A DNA stretch of 64,000 nucleotides from Opitutaceae bacterium (GCA_035765635.1 DASTWZ010000039.1:46829-110828); one strand, 5' to 3'. Shown: positions 27,191-38,164, counted from the stretch's first letter. Notes: a model not told the origin generated them from the sequence alone. A program made the numbers and translations.

Positions 27191-29290
27191 CGACGTCGCG
27201 TGGGCCAGGCGGTGGATGGTGCGGCAGAGTTCTTCGACGCTGTCGGGTTTGTAGAAAACTTCGCGCACGCCGATGGCTTGGGCTTCCGCGCGCAGCGTGT
27301 CGGAAACATTTCCCGAAGCCAAGATGATGGGCAGGTCCGGGCGGATCGCGATCAGCGACGCGGCGACTTCCAGGCCATTCTTTTTCGGCATGCTCATATC
27401 GGTCACCGCCAGATCGAACTCGCTGGGCGCGGCCTGCACCGCTTCGATCGCGCGATCGGCGTCCGTGAAGCCGCTGACTTTGTAGCCGAGGCGCTCGAGA
27501 AAACGGGTCGAGAGAAAAATCAGCTGCTCCTCGTCGTCCAGCACGAGAATGCGCTGACCATTTCCGCGCGGCAGCGGAGAATGAAAGGGTAGCGCCGTCC
27601 CGCCGGAACTCTTCTTCTCCGCCGCGGCCGGCCCGTTCGCCGCGGGAAAATAAATATAGAAAGTGCTGCCAATGTTCGGCTCGCTCGCCACCGCCAGCGT
27701 GCCCACATGGCTTTTCACGATGCCATGCACGACCGACAAGCCGAGGCCGGTGCCCTGGCCCGCCGGCTTCGTTGTGAAGAAGGGTTCGAAGATGCGCTCG
27801 AGCAACGCGCGATCGATGCCCTTTCCTGTATCCGTAACGCTGATACCGGCGTATTCGCCGGGCGGCAGGTTTGTCTGCGCGGAGGGCGGGTTGCCGCTGC
27901 CGGCCTCGACCCGTTTCACCTGTAAACTGATGTTCCCGGGCCGGCCCTCCATCGCCTGCCAGGCGTTGGTCAAGAGGTTCGTCAGCACCTGATGGATTTG
28001 CGTCGGATCGGCGTAGATTTGCGGCGTGTCGGGAGCGACGGAGACCTTGATCTCTAGGCCCGGAGGAAGGGCGGGCCGAACCAGCGCGGCCGATTCTTCG
28101 GCGATTGGCTTGAGCGAGATGACCTGTTTCTCCGGTTGTTGCTTGCGACTGAACGCGAGAATTTGGCGGATCAAATTTCGCGCGCGAACGGAGGCTTTGA
28201 AGATCTCGCTGAGACTTTGCTGCACCGGGTGGTGAGTGGGAACGTCTTGTCGCGCCAATTCCACATTGCCGATGATCGCGCTGAGGATGTTGTTGAAATC
28301 ATGGGCGACGCCGCCGGCCAGCGTGCCGACAGCCTCCAGTTTTTGCGAATGGCGCAGATCAGCCTCGAGCGCCGCGCGCTGTTCCTCCGCCTCGCGGCGC
28401 TCCGTGATATCGATCATCGAACCCACCAGACCAAGCGCGCGAGAACCCTCGCGCACGAGTTGGCACTGCACGGAAACGAGATGCTCCGTGCCGTCGGCGG
28501 AGATCAACCGGTACTCGACCGGGCAATGCAGATCGTGCCCCGAGAGGTGCCGCAGGCAGGTGCGGCGGACGCGTTCCCGATCGTCGGGATGAACATAGTT
28601 CAGCCACAATTCCCCGAGCAATGTATCCGCAGAGTCGATACGCAACAAACGCAGCAGCGCCGGATTCACGTAAAGGAAGCCGCCCGCCGCATCCGTCAAA
28701 AAGATCCCGATAGGCGAATTCTCCACGATGGCGCGAGAGCGCGCTACCGTTTCGCGCAGCGTTTGCTCCGCTCGCCGCCGCTCTTCGATTTCGGAGCGGA
28801 GCTGAGCATGGACGGATTCCAACTCCGCGATCTTTTGCTCGAGTTTGTGAACGAGCACTTCGTTGTAACTGCGGAGGACGGCGACCTCGGTTTCCGGCGC
28901 GGGAAGGGGCGATGCCGAGGGGTTGTGCGTGCGCGTGACGCTTTCGAGAATGCCGACCCACGCGGCGGTGTCCTGCGGTTTCACGACGAAGCGATCGGCC
29001 CCGAGACCGAGAGCGAATTTGCGGTCTTTCTCCTCGGTGTACGTGCCGCTGTAGAAGATAAACGGCCGGCTGTGCAGCAGCGGATCGGACTTCCATTTCA
29101 GACAAAGCGCGAAGCCGTCCATGATCGGCATCAGGATGTCCGAGATGATCAAGTCGGGAGGATCGGCCCGCGCCAGGTTTAGCGCCTCTTCGCCGTTCGA
29201 TGCACAAGTGACCCGATGACCTGCCGATTGGAGTGTGACCTTCAGGAGGTAGCGATTCTGCGGCTGATCATCGGCCACGAGGATATGCAT
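27161..29290 (-). CDS. hybrid sensor histidine kinase (REC - coiled coil - PAS - HisKA - HATPase - REC)
   Basis: N-terminal receiver ILVADDQPQNRYLL...DLIISDILMPIMDG. H-box GGVAHDFNNIL. ATPase G-boxes DTGKGI and GTGLGLS. C-terminal receiver ILVLDDEEQ...DLAVTDMSMPKKNG. Confidence 0.9.
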   Translation of the reverse strand: MHILVADDQPQNRYLLKVTLQSAGHRVTCASNGEEALNLARADPPDLIISDILMPIMDGFALCLKWKSDPLLHSRPFIFYSGTYTEEKDRKFALGLGADRFVVKPQDTAAWVGILESVTRTHNPSASPLPAPETEVAVLRSYNEVLVHKLEQKIAELESVHAQLRSEIEERRRAEQTLRETVARSRAIVENSPIGIFLTDAAGGFLYVNPALLRLLRIDSADTLLGELWLNYVHPDDRERVRRTCLRHLSGHDLHCPVEYRLISADGTEHLVSVQCQLVREGSRALGLVGSMIDITERREAEEQRAALEADLRHSQKLEAVGTLAGGVAHDFNNILSAIIGNVELARQDVPTHHPVQQSLSEIFKASVRARNLIRQILAFSRKQQPEKQVISLKPIAEESAALVRPALPPGLEIKVSVAPDTPQIYADPTQIHQVLTNLLTNAWQAMEGRPGNISLQVKRVEAGSGNPPSAQTNLPPGEYAGISVTDTGKGIDRALLERIFEPFFTTKPAGQGTGLGLSVVHGIVKSHVGTLAVASEPNIGSTFYIYFPAANGPAAAEKKSSGGTALPFHSPLPRGNGQRILVLDDEEQLIFLSTRFLERLGYKVSGFTDADRAIEAVQAAPSEFDLAVTDMSMPKKNGLEVAASLIAIRPDLPIILASGNVSDTLRAEAQAIGVREVFYKPDSVEELCRTIHRLAHATSGRRRLKEEG

Positions 29291-29488
29291 AGAGGACTGA
29301 GCGCTTTCGCTCGTTGCCGGGCTGACCACGCCACACGCGGAAAGGTTCACGGCGAAGGAGATGCAATAACTTCATGCAGATGGACGGCTCCAAGCCGGCG
29401 TGCGCGTCGCGGAGGAAAGTGTAGCGCGCACCGAGACGAAACAGTGTCGGAGAAGTTTTTCCGTGCCAAAGGCGCTCGTCGTCTTCAA

Positions 29489-30277
29489 ATGCAGCCCATG
29501 GAAGTGATCTTCATGGGCACTGGCACGTCGCAGGGAGTTCCAATGATAGCCTGCGACTGCGCGGTGTGTCGCTCGGCCGATCCTCGCAATCAACGTTCCC
29601 GCGCAAGCGTTCATGTGGTGATGGATGGGTTGCACATCCAGGTCGACGCGGCGCCGGAGTTTCGCCTGCAGTGTATCCGAAATAATATTACATGGATCGA
29701 TCTGTTCCTGCTGACGCACGGTCATGCCGATCACATTGCGGGCATGGACGATCTGCGCCGCTTTTGTGATTTGCTGGGTGGCGCGGCTCTGCCGGTCTGG
29801 TCGACGGAGGAAGGGATCTCGCGCGTTCTCGCGATGTATCCGTACGCGATTCTGGAGCGGCCTTTGGTTCGCGGCTACGCGGCATTCAAGCTCACGCCGA
29901 TGCCAGCGGAGGTTCAGCTCCCGCAAGGGAGGATTCAGTCCACGCTGCTGCCGCACGGTGGAGTGAACACGCTCGGTCTCGTCTTCACCGAGAAAAGCAG
30001 CGGGAAAAAGTTCGCCTACTTTACCGACTGCAAGCGCGTGCCGCGCGAGGCGGTTGCGCTGGCCACTGGAGCGGACCTCGTGGTGCTGGACGGATTGCGT
30101 CCGGAAACGCACCCCTCGCACATGAGTGTTCCGGAGGCTGTGGCGGTCGCTGCCGAGATTGGCGGAGCCCAGACCTTGCTCACGCACATGACGCACACCA
30201 TCGATCACGCCACCACGTCCGCGGAACTCCCGCGCACCGTAGGCCTGGCTTACGACGGTTTGCGGGTGGGGTTGTAG
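29489..30277 (+). CDS. MBL-fold metallo-hydrolase (PhnP-like)
   Basis: FMGTGTSQGVP, a Cys-rich loop CDCAVCRS, and LLTHGHADHIAG (HxHxDH). Confidence 0.85.
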   Translation: MQPMEVIFMGTGTSQGVPMIACDCAVCRSADPRNQRSRASVHVVMDGLHIQVDAAPEFRLQCIRNNITWIDLFLLTHGHADHIAGMDDLRRFCDLLGGAALPVWSTEEGISRVLAMYPYAILERPLVRGYAAFKLTPMPAEVQLPQGRIQSTLLPHGGVNTLGLVFTEKSSGKKFAYFTDCKRVPREAVALATGADLVVLDGLRPETHPSHMSVPEAVAVAAEIGGAQTLLTHMTHTIDHATTSAELPRTVGLAYDGLRVGL

Positions 30278-30321
30278 AAGCCACGCGAGGGCGGGGTACG
30301 AGGAGCGCAGGAGTCCCGCGG

Positions 30322-30495
30322 CGAGCCATCGAGTGCGCCGCTTCGCGGCAGCCCAATCGATGCCGGCAAGATGCCAGCGCTCCCAGAGCCTCCTGCGCCA
30401 TGGAAGGCGCACTCGGCGGACGAGCGCCGGATATTAGCCGAGCATCGGCGTCTCGCCGACGTCGGCCACTGGGAGCGCTGGCGTCCTCGCCGGCA
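30322..30495. repeat. inverted copy of the 44429-44690 repeat family
   Basis: The reverse complement of 44679-44832 aligns here apart from an internal deletion (..CCGCTTCGCGGCAGCCC..TGCCGGCAAGATGCCAGCGCTCCCAGAGCC..). Confidence 0.8.
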
Positions 30496-30559
30496 TTCAG
30501 CGGCATTCGACAGCAACCCAAGCGAGAGGCGCGGCGCGCCTTCTCGCATCGGAGATTTT

Positions 30560-30651
30560 CCGATCCTCAAAAAGTCCTGAGATTTCTCTTGAGTTTAATC
30601 CCTACGTACTTTGTCTGCATTCGAAATTCCTATTAGTTCAGTGGGCAACCT
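30560..30651 (+). promoter_or_regulatory. AT-rich putative promoter/operator region upstream of the yezD-porin-sbp-cysTWA cluster
   Basis: GC content drops locally to about 40% against about 60% background, immediately upstream of the first gene of the cluster. No specific box could be verified. Confidence 0.3.
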
Positions 30652-30843
30652 ATGAAACCGATTACCGAACAAGCTTCCTTGCCAGAGTGGCTGGACATCG
30701 TCCGCCAAAAAGTCGAAGGCCTGAGCTATGGAGTTGTGCAAATCGTTGTGCACGACCGTAAAGTAACCCAGATCGAACGTACGGAAAAGACGCGCCTGGA
30801 CAGCGCCGCCAATGATGGGCTCCGACGACGTGAGAACTACTGA
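30652..30843 (+). CDS. YezD/DUF2292-like small protein
   Basis: 63 aa. The GVVQIVVHDRKVTQIERTEKTRL core is typical of YezD-family proteins that often precede sulfur transport genes. Confidence 0.7.
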   Translation: MKPITEQASLPEWLDIVRQKVEGLSYGVVQIVVHDRKVTQIERTEKTRLDSAANDGLRRRENY

Positions 30844-30892
30844 TTTCCCGCACAATCGCGGTAAAGCACACTAAGTATCCGGACAATAATCC

Positions 30893-32305
30893 ATGCGTAC
30901 TCACTCCACCCTCACTAGAACCGTCTTGGTTTCCGGCCTGCTTTTGGCTGGCGCGACGGGCCTCTACGCAGATTCACAGGAGGACGAAATTCGTCTCTTG
31001 CGCGATCAGATCCAGGCTCTGGACCAGAAGCTCAAAGTCCTCGAGAGGAAGCAGGAGCTTCGCGACGAAGAAGCGACGGCCGCAGCGAAATCCTCCGTGA
31101 AAGTCACCGCCAATGACAAAGGATTCAGCGTGGCCTCGGGCGATTCCGCCAACGTGCTTCGCTTGCGCGGCCTCGTGCAGGGAGATTCGCGGTGGTTTTT
31201 CAACGAGAACGTGAGCAACAACGACGCGTTCGTGCTGCGCCGCGCACGCCTCATTTTCGAGGGCACGTTCAACAAGATTTTCGAGTACCAACTGGTGCCC
31301 GAATTCGGCGGCACGAGCGGCAACGGCACGCTCACCATCCTCGATGCCAATATCAACATCGCCCCGAAAAAGGCTTATCAACTCCGCGTGGGCCGCTTCC
31401 GCGAGCCCGTCGGTCTCGAGCAATTGCAATCCGATTCCTGGGCCTTCTTTGCGGAACGTTCTGTCGTTTCCCAATTCCTGCCGAATCGCGATCTGGGCGT
31501 GATGCTCGCCGGCGACATTCTCGACGGAAAACTGAGCTACGCCATCGGCGCGTTCAACGGCACGTCCGACGCCTCGAACAACGCGAACAATAGCGACACG
31601 AACGACGACAAGGACGTGGCTGCTCGCCTCTTCGCGACGCCGTGGAAGGGCAGCGAGGGCCCTCTCTCCGGCCTCGGTTTTGGCATCGGCGCCACCGCGG
31701 GTCACCAGAACTCGCTCAACGGCGCGTCCGGTTCTCTCACCAGCGGCTATCGCACGGATGGTCAGCAGAGTTGGTTTGCTTATCGCTCCACCGTCGTGCC
31801 GCAGGGCAACACGTCGCGCCTCTCTCCACAGGCTTCTTACTACTACGGTCCCCTTGGTCTCATGGCCGAATATGCGGTTTCCAAAATCGAGGCGACGAAC
31901 GGCACGAATCAGCAATCGATCACCAACAAAGCCTGGCAGATCTCGGGCGGCTACGTGCTGACCGGCGAAAACGCCAGCTACCTGGGCGTGGTTCCGAAGA
32001 CCAACTTCTCCCTCAGCGATGGCACCTGGGGCGCCTTCGAAGTCGTGGCGCGCTACGAAGCGGCGCGGATCGACGACGACGCGTTTGTCGGCGGCGCGAA
32101 CTCGCTCGCGAATGCCAGCACCGCCGCACGCGGCCTCAATGGCTACTCGGTCGGCCTTAACTGGTATCTCAGCAAAACGGTCCGCGCCTCGTTCGATGGC
32201 TTCCACACCGACTTCAAATACGCGCCGGGCGCCGCTCCCGCTTCGAACGCCGTGATCAAGCAGGACGAGAACGCGTTCATCACCCGCCTCCAACTGATCT
32301 TCTAA
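30893..32305 (+). CDS. OprO/OprP-family anion-selective porin
   Basis: Signal peptide, N-terminal coiled coil, then alternating beta-strand pattern ending ...FITRLQLIF. Sits in a sulfate-operon context. Confidence 0.8.
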   Translation: MRTHSTLTRTVLVSGLLLAGATGLYADSQEDEIRLLRDQIQALDQKLKVLERKQELRDEEATAAAKSSVKVTANDKGFSVASGDSANVLRLRGLVQGDSRWFFNENVSNNDAFVLRRARLIFEGTFNKIFEYQLVPEFGGTSGNGTLTILDANINIAPKKAYQLRVGRFREPVGLEQLQSDSWAFFAERSVVSQFLPNRDLGVMLAGDILDGKLSYAIGAFNGTSDASNNANNSDTNDDKDVAARLFATPWKGSEGPLSGLGFGIGATAGHQNSLNGASGSLTSGYRTDGQQSWFAYRSTVVPQGNTSRLSPQASYYYGPLGLMAEYAVSKIEATNGTNQQSITNKAWQISGGYVLTGENASYLGVVPKTNFSLSDGTWGAFEVVARYEAARIDDDAFVGGANSLANASTAARGLNGYSVGLNWYLSKTVRASFDGFHTDFKYAPGAAPASNAVIKQDENAFITRLQLIF

Positions 32306-32320
32306 CCTGAAGGGAAAATC

Positions 32321-33310
32321 ATGAAACGTATCCTGATTCTCATTACGGCTCTCGCCGCCGCCGCGTCAGCCTTCGCGAAAGATGTCGAGCTGCTCAATGT
32401 CTCGTACGATCCGACGCGCGAACTCTACGTCGATTACAACGCGGCCTTCGTGAAACACTGGAAGGAAAAGACGGGCGAAACCGTGGTGATCAAACAGTCC
32501 CACGGCGGCTCCGGCAAACAGGCTCGTTCCGTCATCGACGGTCTCGACGCCGATGTCGTGACGTTGGCCCTCGCGGCCGATGTCGACGCGCTCTCCACCC
32601 ACGGGAAACTGCTTCCCGCCGATTGGCAAAAACGTCTTCCGCAGAATAGCGCTCCGTACACGTCGACCATCGTGTTCCTGGTGCGCAAAGGAAATCCGAA
32701 GGCGGTCAAGGACTGGGATGATCTGGCGAAGCCGGGCATTTCCATCGTCACGCCGAATCCGAAGACTTCCGGCGGCGCGCGTTGGAACTATCTCGCGGCC
32801 TGGGGCTACGCGCTGCGCAAGTACGGCAGCGACGAGAAGGCTCAGGAGTTCCTCGCGAAGATTTTCAAGAATGTGCCAGTACTCGACTCGGGCGCGCGCG
32901 GAGCGACCACGACTTTCGTGCAGCGTGAAATCGGCGACGTGCTGATCAGTTGGGAAAACGAAGCGTTTCTCGCCTTGAAGGAATTCGGCGCCGACAAATT
33001 CGAAATCGTTGTTCCGTCCATCAGCATTCTGGCCGAGCCGACCGTCGCGTGGGTCGACAAGGTCGTGAAGAAGAAACACACCGAAGCGATCGCGAAGGAA
33101 TATTTGGAGTATCTCTACTCGGACGAAGCTCAGGAAATCGCTGGGCGTAACTTCTATCGCCCGCGCACTCCGGCCATCGCCGAGAAATACGCCCAAACCT
33201 TCCCGAAGATCGAACTCTTCACCATCGACGATGTGTTCGGTGGCTGGACGAAAGCGCAGAAGACCCATTTCGCCGACGGCGGAATCTTCGATAAAATCTA
33301 CGCCAAGTAA
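32321..33310 (+). CDS. sbp: sulfate/thiosulfate ABC transporter substrate-binding protein
   Basis: [20 protein letters not shown]...[27 protein letters not shown] is typical of Sbp/CysP. Confidence 0.92.
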   Translation: MKRILILITALAAAASAFAKDVELLNVSYDPTRELYVDYNAAFVKHWKEKTGETVVIKQSHGGSGKQARSVIDGLDADVVTLALAADVDALSTHGKLLPADWQKRLPQNSAPYTSTIVFLVRKGNPKAVKDWDDLAKPGISIVTPNPKTSGGARWNYLAAWGYALRKYGSDEKAQEFLAKIFKNVPVLDSGARGATTTFVQREIGDVLISWENEAFLALKEFGADKFEIVVPSISILAEPTVAWVDKVVKKKHTEAIAKEYLEYLYSDEAQEIAGRNFYRPRTPAIAEKYAQTFPKIELFTIDDVFGGWTKAQKTHFADGGIFDKIYAK

Positions 33311-33408
33311 GCGCATCTGAAGTTGCATCATAGGGGAGGAGCGCTCGCCAAAACGGGCGCTCCTCGGATGCAAACGAACCAAGCCTTCAACTCGCAGCTC
33401 CTTTCCTC

Positions 33409-34278
33409 ATGACCACTGTTTCTTCTCGATTTGAAACCGTAGCTCGCGTGCTGCCGAACAGCGGTCCGGCGCCGGCGGAAGTTTTTGGCGAACGCATCAG
33501 CGAACTCTACGCCCTCTCGCAAAAATCGAATTACGTCTTTGGTTCACCGCTCGGGCCATTTTACGCGGAGGGGCGGGCGTTTCATTTGCCGCGTTTCGTT
33601 TATTTCGGACCTCAGACCCACGACGCATCGCTCCGGCTGGCATTTCTCACGGGCTTCGATCGCGAAGACCTTAGGCCGGGCTTTGCCCTCGCGGATTTCG
33701 TCGAGGAACTGTCCCGCGATCCGTACCTCGGGCAGGGGCTGAATCTTTCGTTTTTTCCTCTGGTCGACGTGCTTGGTTTCAGCCGCGTCACCGGGGAGCG
33801 CGCCTTGGCCAACGCGAATTGGACCCGTTCGCGCTCGCCCGAAATCGAGTTGTTGGAAAAAGACGCGCGAGTCCGCGGCTACCACGGCTTCGTGCGTATC
33901 GAAACTTCCAATACAGATGACGAGATTTCCTTGCGTCTGCTTTTTGGCCGCCAAGAGGCGCATAAAACGCAAAAAGGAATTAAGAGTGACGGAGTGGTTT
34001 CCGAGGGTAGGGCGAGACCTCAGGGCGAGCCGTCCGACCTCCTGACCTCCGAGGATTTCGCGCCGCATGCGGTGCGTTGGGAAACGACTCAGCCCGGCGA
34101 ACGCATTGGCGACGGGCCATTGACCAGCATGGATAATTTACCCGTCATGCCATTCGAGCTGCGCATTCGTCTGCCAAAGAGCTGGGCAGAGGAAACGCAT
34201 CGCACTGCGATCAGTTCGATCCTCAAACGCTTCATCCTGCGCCAGCGCGCCGTGCAGGCGTTTGCCCAACATCTTTGA
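33409..34278 (+). CDS. M14/succinylglutamate-desuccinylase-like paralog with a degenerate active site (putative pseudo-peptidase)
   Basis: Colinear with the next gene, but GIHGDEPAG is replaced by GFDREDLRPG, NPTGY by VDVLGF, and LHSDD by IETSN. It contains an in-frame repeat insertion. Confidence 0.6.
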   Translation: MTTVSSRFETVARVLPNSGPAPAEVFGERISELYALSQKSNYVFGSPLGPFYAEGRAFHLPRFVYFGPQTHDASLRLAFLTGFDREDLRPGFALADFVEELSRDPYLGQGLNLSFFPLVDVLGFSRVTGERALANANWTRSRSPEIELLEKDARVRGYHGFVRIETSNTDDEISLRLLFGRQEAHKTQKGIKSDGVVSEGRARPQGEPSDLLTSEDFAPHAVRWETTQPGERIGDGPLTSMDNLPVMPFELRIRLPKSWAEETHRTAISSILKRFILRQRAVQAFAQHL

Positions 34279-34339
34279 GGGTGAACGGCATCCGCCGTGC
34301 TTTTGACCAAGTCTTCGAACAGAAATAAATTTTCCCGCC

Positions 34340-35137
34340 ATGGTGCAGATTATTCCTCAGTCTTCGCGCAATCTGCGCGCTTTGTTCGGCCCGCTCTTCG
34401 AGTTGGCGGAGCAATGCCCTGAAGTCATCGGCTCCATGGCGGGAACCTTTTCGTATCAACAAAACCGATACGGCATCTCCCGCTTCGTTTTCGTCGGGCC
34501 GGAAACCGAGGTCCGGCCCATCCGGCTTGGGCTTTTCGCCGGGATCCACGGCGACGAGCCGGCAGGCTGCGAAGCGCTGGTGCGATTGCTCGTCGATCTC
34601 ACCGAAAATCCCGAACGCGCGACCGGCTACGACTTGATCGTGTATCCCGTCTGCAATCCCACCGGCTACGAAGACCGCACGCGCCACAATCGCGCCGGCT
34701 CGGACTTGAATCGCGAGTTCTGGAAAAGTTCGACGCATCCGGAAGTCCGCATTTTGGAAAACGAACTGCGCACGCATAAATTCGACGGTCTGATCACGCT
34801 GCATTCCGACGATACGTCCGAAGGCATTTACGGCTACGCGCATGGTCGGTTGCTCAACGAAGAGTTGCTGCGGCCGGCGCTCCGCGCCTGCGAGGGAATT
34901 TTGCCGCGCGATCCGAGGGCGAACATCGACGGCTTCGTCGCGACCGAAAGCATGCTGTGCGATTGTTTTCCCGGCGTGCTCTCCGCGCCGCCCGAGCAGG
35001 AGCCGAAACCTTTTGATCTGATTTTCGAAACACCCGCGCTCGCCCCTTACGATCATCAAGTTGACGCGACGGTTGTCGCGCTGAAGTCAGTGCTTTCTGA
35101 ATATAGACGCTTCATCGCGTTCGGTCAGAACCTGTAA
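34340..35137 (+). CDS. M14-family zinc carboxypeptidase / AstE-AspA-like deacylase
   Basis: GIHGDEPAG (HxxE), VCNPTGY, RHNRAGSDLNREF, LHSDD, FETPA. Confidence 0.75.
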   Translation: MVQIIPQSSRNLRALFGPLFELAEQCPEVIGSMAGTFSYQQNRYGISRFVFVGPETEVRPIRLGLFAGIHGDEPAGCEALVRLLVDLTENPERATGYDLIVYPVCNPTGYEDRTRHNRAGSDLNREFWKSSTHPEVRILENELRTHKFDGLITLHSDDTSEGIYGYAHGRLLNEELLRPALRACEGILPRDPRANIDGFVATESMLCDCFPGVLSAPPEQEPKPFDLIFETPALAPYDHQVDATVVALKSVLSEYRRFIAFGQNL

Positions 35138-35147
35138 TTTTCAACGG

Positions 35148-35975
35148 ATGTCTATCGCGCGTTCACAGCGGTCGGTCTTGCCGGGCTTTGGCCTCTCGCT
35201 CGGCTTCACCCTTTTTTATCTTTGCCTCATCGTGCTCGTGCCGCTCGCGGCCACGTTCGCGAAGACGTTTGGAATGACCTGGCACGATTTCGTCACGGCC
35301 GTCGCGTCACCTCGCGTGCTCGCTTCGTATCGCATCAGCTTTCTCGCCTCACTGGCCGCCGCGGCGGTCAACATGATCTTCGGGCTCATCGTCGCCTGGG
35401 TGCTCGTCCGTTATCGTTTTCCGGGCAAGCGCATCGTCGACGCGCTCGTCGATTTGCCTTTCGCGCTGCCCACCGCGGTCGCGGGCATCGCGCTCACGCA
35501 GATCTACGCGAAGAGCGGATGGGTGGGCCAGTATCTCGAACCGCTCGGAATCAAGGCCGCGTATTCCGAAATCGGCGTTTTCATCGCGCTCACGTTCATC
35601 GGCCTGCCATTTGTCGTTCGCACCTTGCAGCCGGTGCTGGAGGAACTCGAACCCGAGATCGAAGAAGCCTCGGCCACGCTCGGCGCTTCGCGCTGGCAAA
35701 CCATCACGCGCGTCATCCTGCCGGAACTTTTTCCCGCGCTGCTCACCGGCTTTGCCTTGTCCTTCGCCCGCGCCCTGGGCGAATACGGCTCCGTCGTTTT
35801 CATTTCCGGAAACATGCCGATGCGCACGGAAATCGTTCCGTTGCTCATCATCACCAAGCTCGAGCAATACGACTATCGCGGCGCCACTGCGATCGCCGTC
35901 GTGATGCTGGTGGCCTCCTTCATTTTGCTGCTCTGCATCAATCTGCTGCAGAAGTGGAGTCGCAAGCACGTGTAG
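35148..35975 (+). CDS. cysT: sulfate ABC transporter permease CysT
   Basis: Typical CysT N-terminus [23 protein letters not shown] and an EAA-loop region. Confidence 0.92.
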   Translation: MSIARSQRSVLPGFGLSLGFTLFYLCLIVLVPLAATFAKTFGMTWHDFVTAVASPRVLASYRISFLASLAAAAVNMIFGLIVAWVLVRYRFPGKRIVDALVDLPFALPTAVAGIALTQIYAKSGWVGQYLEPLGIKAAYSEIGVFIALTFIGLPFVVRTLQPVLEELEPEIEEASATLGASRWQTITRVILPELFPALLTGFALSFARALGEYGSVVFISGNMPMRTEIVPLLIITKLEQYDYRGATAIAVVMLVASFILLLCINLLQKWSRKHV

Positions 35976-36048
35976 CAGATCCCCGCGCCCGACCCGCATC
36001 CGCACCTGTCATTCTTCATTCATCACTCATCCTTCTTCCTTTGTCTTA

Positions 36049-36933
36049 ATGTCTGCCGTCGCCTCCTCTCTTCACGCTCGCCGCTCTGTCGTGGAGCATG
36101 CCGCTCCTCGGGCGACGCATGATCCGCATTGGGCCCGGTGGTTGCTGCTGGGCCTGGCGTTCGCGTTTCTCGCGTTGTTTCTGTTCCTGCCGCTGATCGC
36201 GGTATTCACGGAAGCACTACGCAAGGGACTCGCGGTTTATTTTGCGGCGTTCAAGGACCCGGATGCGATTTCGGCCATCAAGCTCACGCTGACCGCCGCG
36301 GGAATTTCCGTGCCGCTCAATTTGGTGTTTGGTGTCGCGGCGTCCTGGGCGATCACGAAATTTTCGTTTCCCGGCAAGAGTCTGCTCATGACGCTGATCG
36401 ATTTGCCGTTCGCCGTTTCACCGGTGATCTCGGGCTTGATCTACGTGCTCGTGTTCGGCGCGCAGGGCTGGTTCGGACCGTGGCTCAACGATCACGATAT
36501 AAAAATCATCTTCGCCGTTCCAGGCATCGTCCTGGCCACGACGTTTGTCACGTTTCCATTCGTCGCGCGCGAATTGATCCCGCTCATGCAGGCGCAGGGA
36601 ACCGACGAGGAATACGCCGCGATCAGCCTCGGCGCGAACGGCTGGCAAACGTTCTGGCGCGTCACCGTGCCGAATATCCGCTGGGGACTTTTCTACGGCG
36701 TCATTCTCTGCAACGCCCGCGCGATGGGCGAATTCGGCGCCGTCTCCGTCGTGAGCGGACACATCCGCGGCGAAACAAACACGATGCCGCTGCACATCGA
36801 AATTTTATACAACGAATACAACTTCGTGGCGGCCTTCGCCGTCGCGTCCCTCCTCGCGCTGCTCGCCATCGTCACGCTCGTCCTGAAGAGCATCATCGAG
36901 TGGAAGCACCAGGAGTCCCGAGCGGCGGAGTAG
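36049..36933 (+). CDS. cysW: sulfate ABC transporter permease CysW
   Basis: CysW-like sequence with [28 protein letters not shown]. Confidence 0.92.
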   Translation: MSAVASSLHARRSVVEHAAPRATHDPHWARWLLLGLAFAFLALFLFLPLIAVFTEALRKGLAVYFAAFKDPDAISAIKLTLTAAGISVPLNLVFGVAASWAITKFSFPGKSLLMTLIDLPFAVSPVISGLIYVLVFGAQGWFGPWLNDHDIKIIFAVPGIVLATTFVTFPFVARELIPLMQAQGTDEEYAAISLGANGWQTFWRVTVPNIRWGLFYGVILCNARAMGEFGAVSVVSGHIRGETNTMPLHIEILYNEYNFVAAFAVASLLALLAIVTLVLKSIIEWKHQESRAAE

Positions 36934-36979
36934 TCCGCCGCCTCTTCAATGGCTACCCTTACAAAAGGATGTTCAACTC

Positions 36980-38035
36980 ATGAGTGTCTCGGCCCAAAAC
37001 ATCTCCAAGACGTTCGCGCGCTACACCGCGCTCGATCATGTCTCGCTCGACGTGCCGAGTGGAAAACTGATCGCGCTGCTCGGCCCTTCCGGCTCCGGCA
37101 AGACCACGCTGCTCCGCATCATCGCTGGACTCGAACACGCCGACAGCGGCAGCGGACAAATCGCGTTCGACGATCAGGACGTGACGAACAAACCGGCCGG
37201 CGAGCGCGGCGTCGGCTTTGTGTTTCAGCACTACGCCCTTTTTCGCCACATGACCGTCGCCGAAAACATCGCGTTCGGGCTGCGCGTCCGCCCGAGCAAG
37301 ACTCGTCCGTCCAACGCAAAAATCCGCGAGCGGGTGGGGGAGCTGCTGAAATTGGTCCAGCTCGATGGCCTGCACAGCCGTTATCCGAATCAGCTTTCTG
37401 GCGGACAACGCCAGCGCGTCGCTCTCGCCCGCGCCCTCGCGGTGGAGCCGAGGGTTCTTCTGCTCGACGAACCGTTCGGCGCGCTCGATGCGAAGGTGCG
37501 CAAGGAATTGCGCCGCTGGCTGCGCCAGTTTCACGAAGAGGTTCACCTCACCACGCTCTTCGTCACGCACGATCAGGAAGAAGCTCTCGAGATCGCCGAC
37601 GAGGTCGTGATCATGAATCAGGCGCGTATTGAACAAGTGGGTACACCGCAGGATGTCTACGACCGGCCCGCGAGTCCCTTTGTCTACAAATTTCTGGGCA
37701 ACGTGAACGTCCTTCGCGACGTCGACACTTGGTCGAACACCGGCCCGATCCACGACAACGGCCGGCTCGCTTCGGATGGCTTGCTCTACGTTCGCCCGCA
37801 CGAACTCGCCGTGGTTGAAGATCGCCGCGGCGCGACCGGCGTTCCGGCCGTCTTGCGTTTCCTGCATGGCGCGGGCTCGCAGGTTCAGGCCACCTTCGAA
37901 CTCATCTCGACCCACGAGCACGTGGACGTGGAACTTTCGCGCAGCGAGTTCGCCGCGCTTAACCTGAAAATCAATTCACGCGTGCTGCTCCGCCTGCGCG
38001 ACACGCAGGTTTTCCAGCAGGACTACGCCATCTGA
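36980..38035 (+). CDS. cysA: sulfate ABC transporter ATP-binding protein CysA
   Basis: Walker [10 protein letters not shown], signature [15 protein letters not shown], Walker B LLLDEPF, and a C-terminal TOBE-like domain. Confidence 0.93.
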   Translation: MSVSAQNISKTFARYTALDHVSLDVPSGKLIALLGPSGSGKTTLLRIIAGLEHADSGSGQIAFDDQDVTNKPAGERGVGFVFQHYALFRHMTVAENIAFGLRVRPSKTRPSNAKIRERVGELLKLVQLDGLHSRYPNQLSGGQRQRVALARALAVEPRVLLLDEPFGALDAKVRKELRRWLRQFHEEVHLTTLFVTHDQEEALEIADEVVIMNQARIEQVGTPQDVYDRPASPFVYKFLGNVNVLRDVDTWSNTGPIHDNGRLASDGLLYVRPHELAVVEDRRGATGVPAVLRFLHGAGSQVQATFELISTHEHVDVELSRSEFAALNLKINSRVLLRLRDTQVFQQDYAI

Positions 38036-38164
38036 ATCAGCGAGTTGCGCTGAGCCGTTCGCTCGAAAAAAGCGCTTGAGCACAAAACCCCGACTACACT
38101 TATCTGGAAACTCAGGAAAGTTCCGATGGTCACTTTCTAAACCTCAAAGCTAAACAACATCCAT

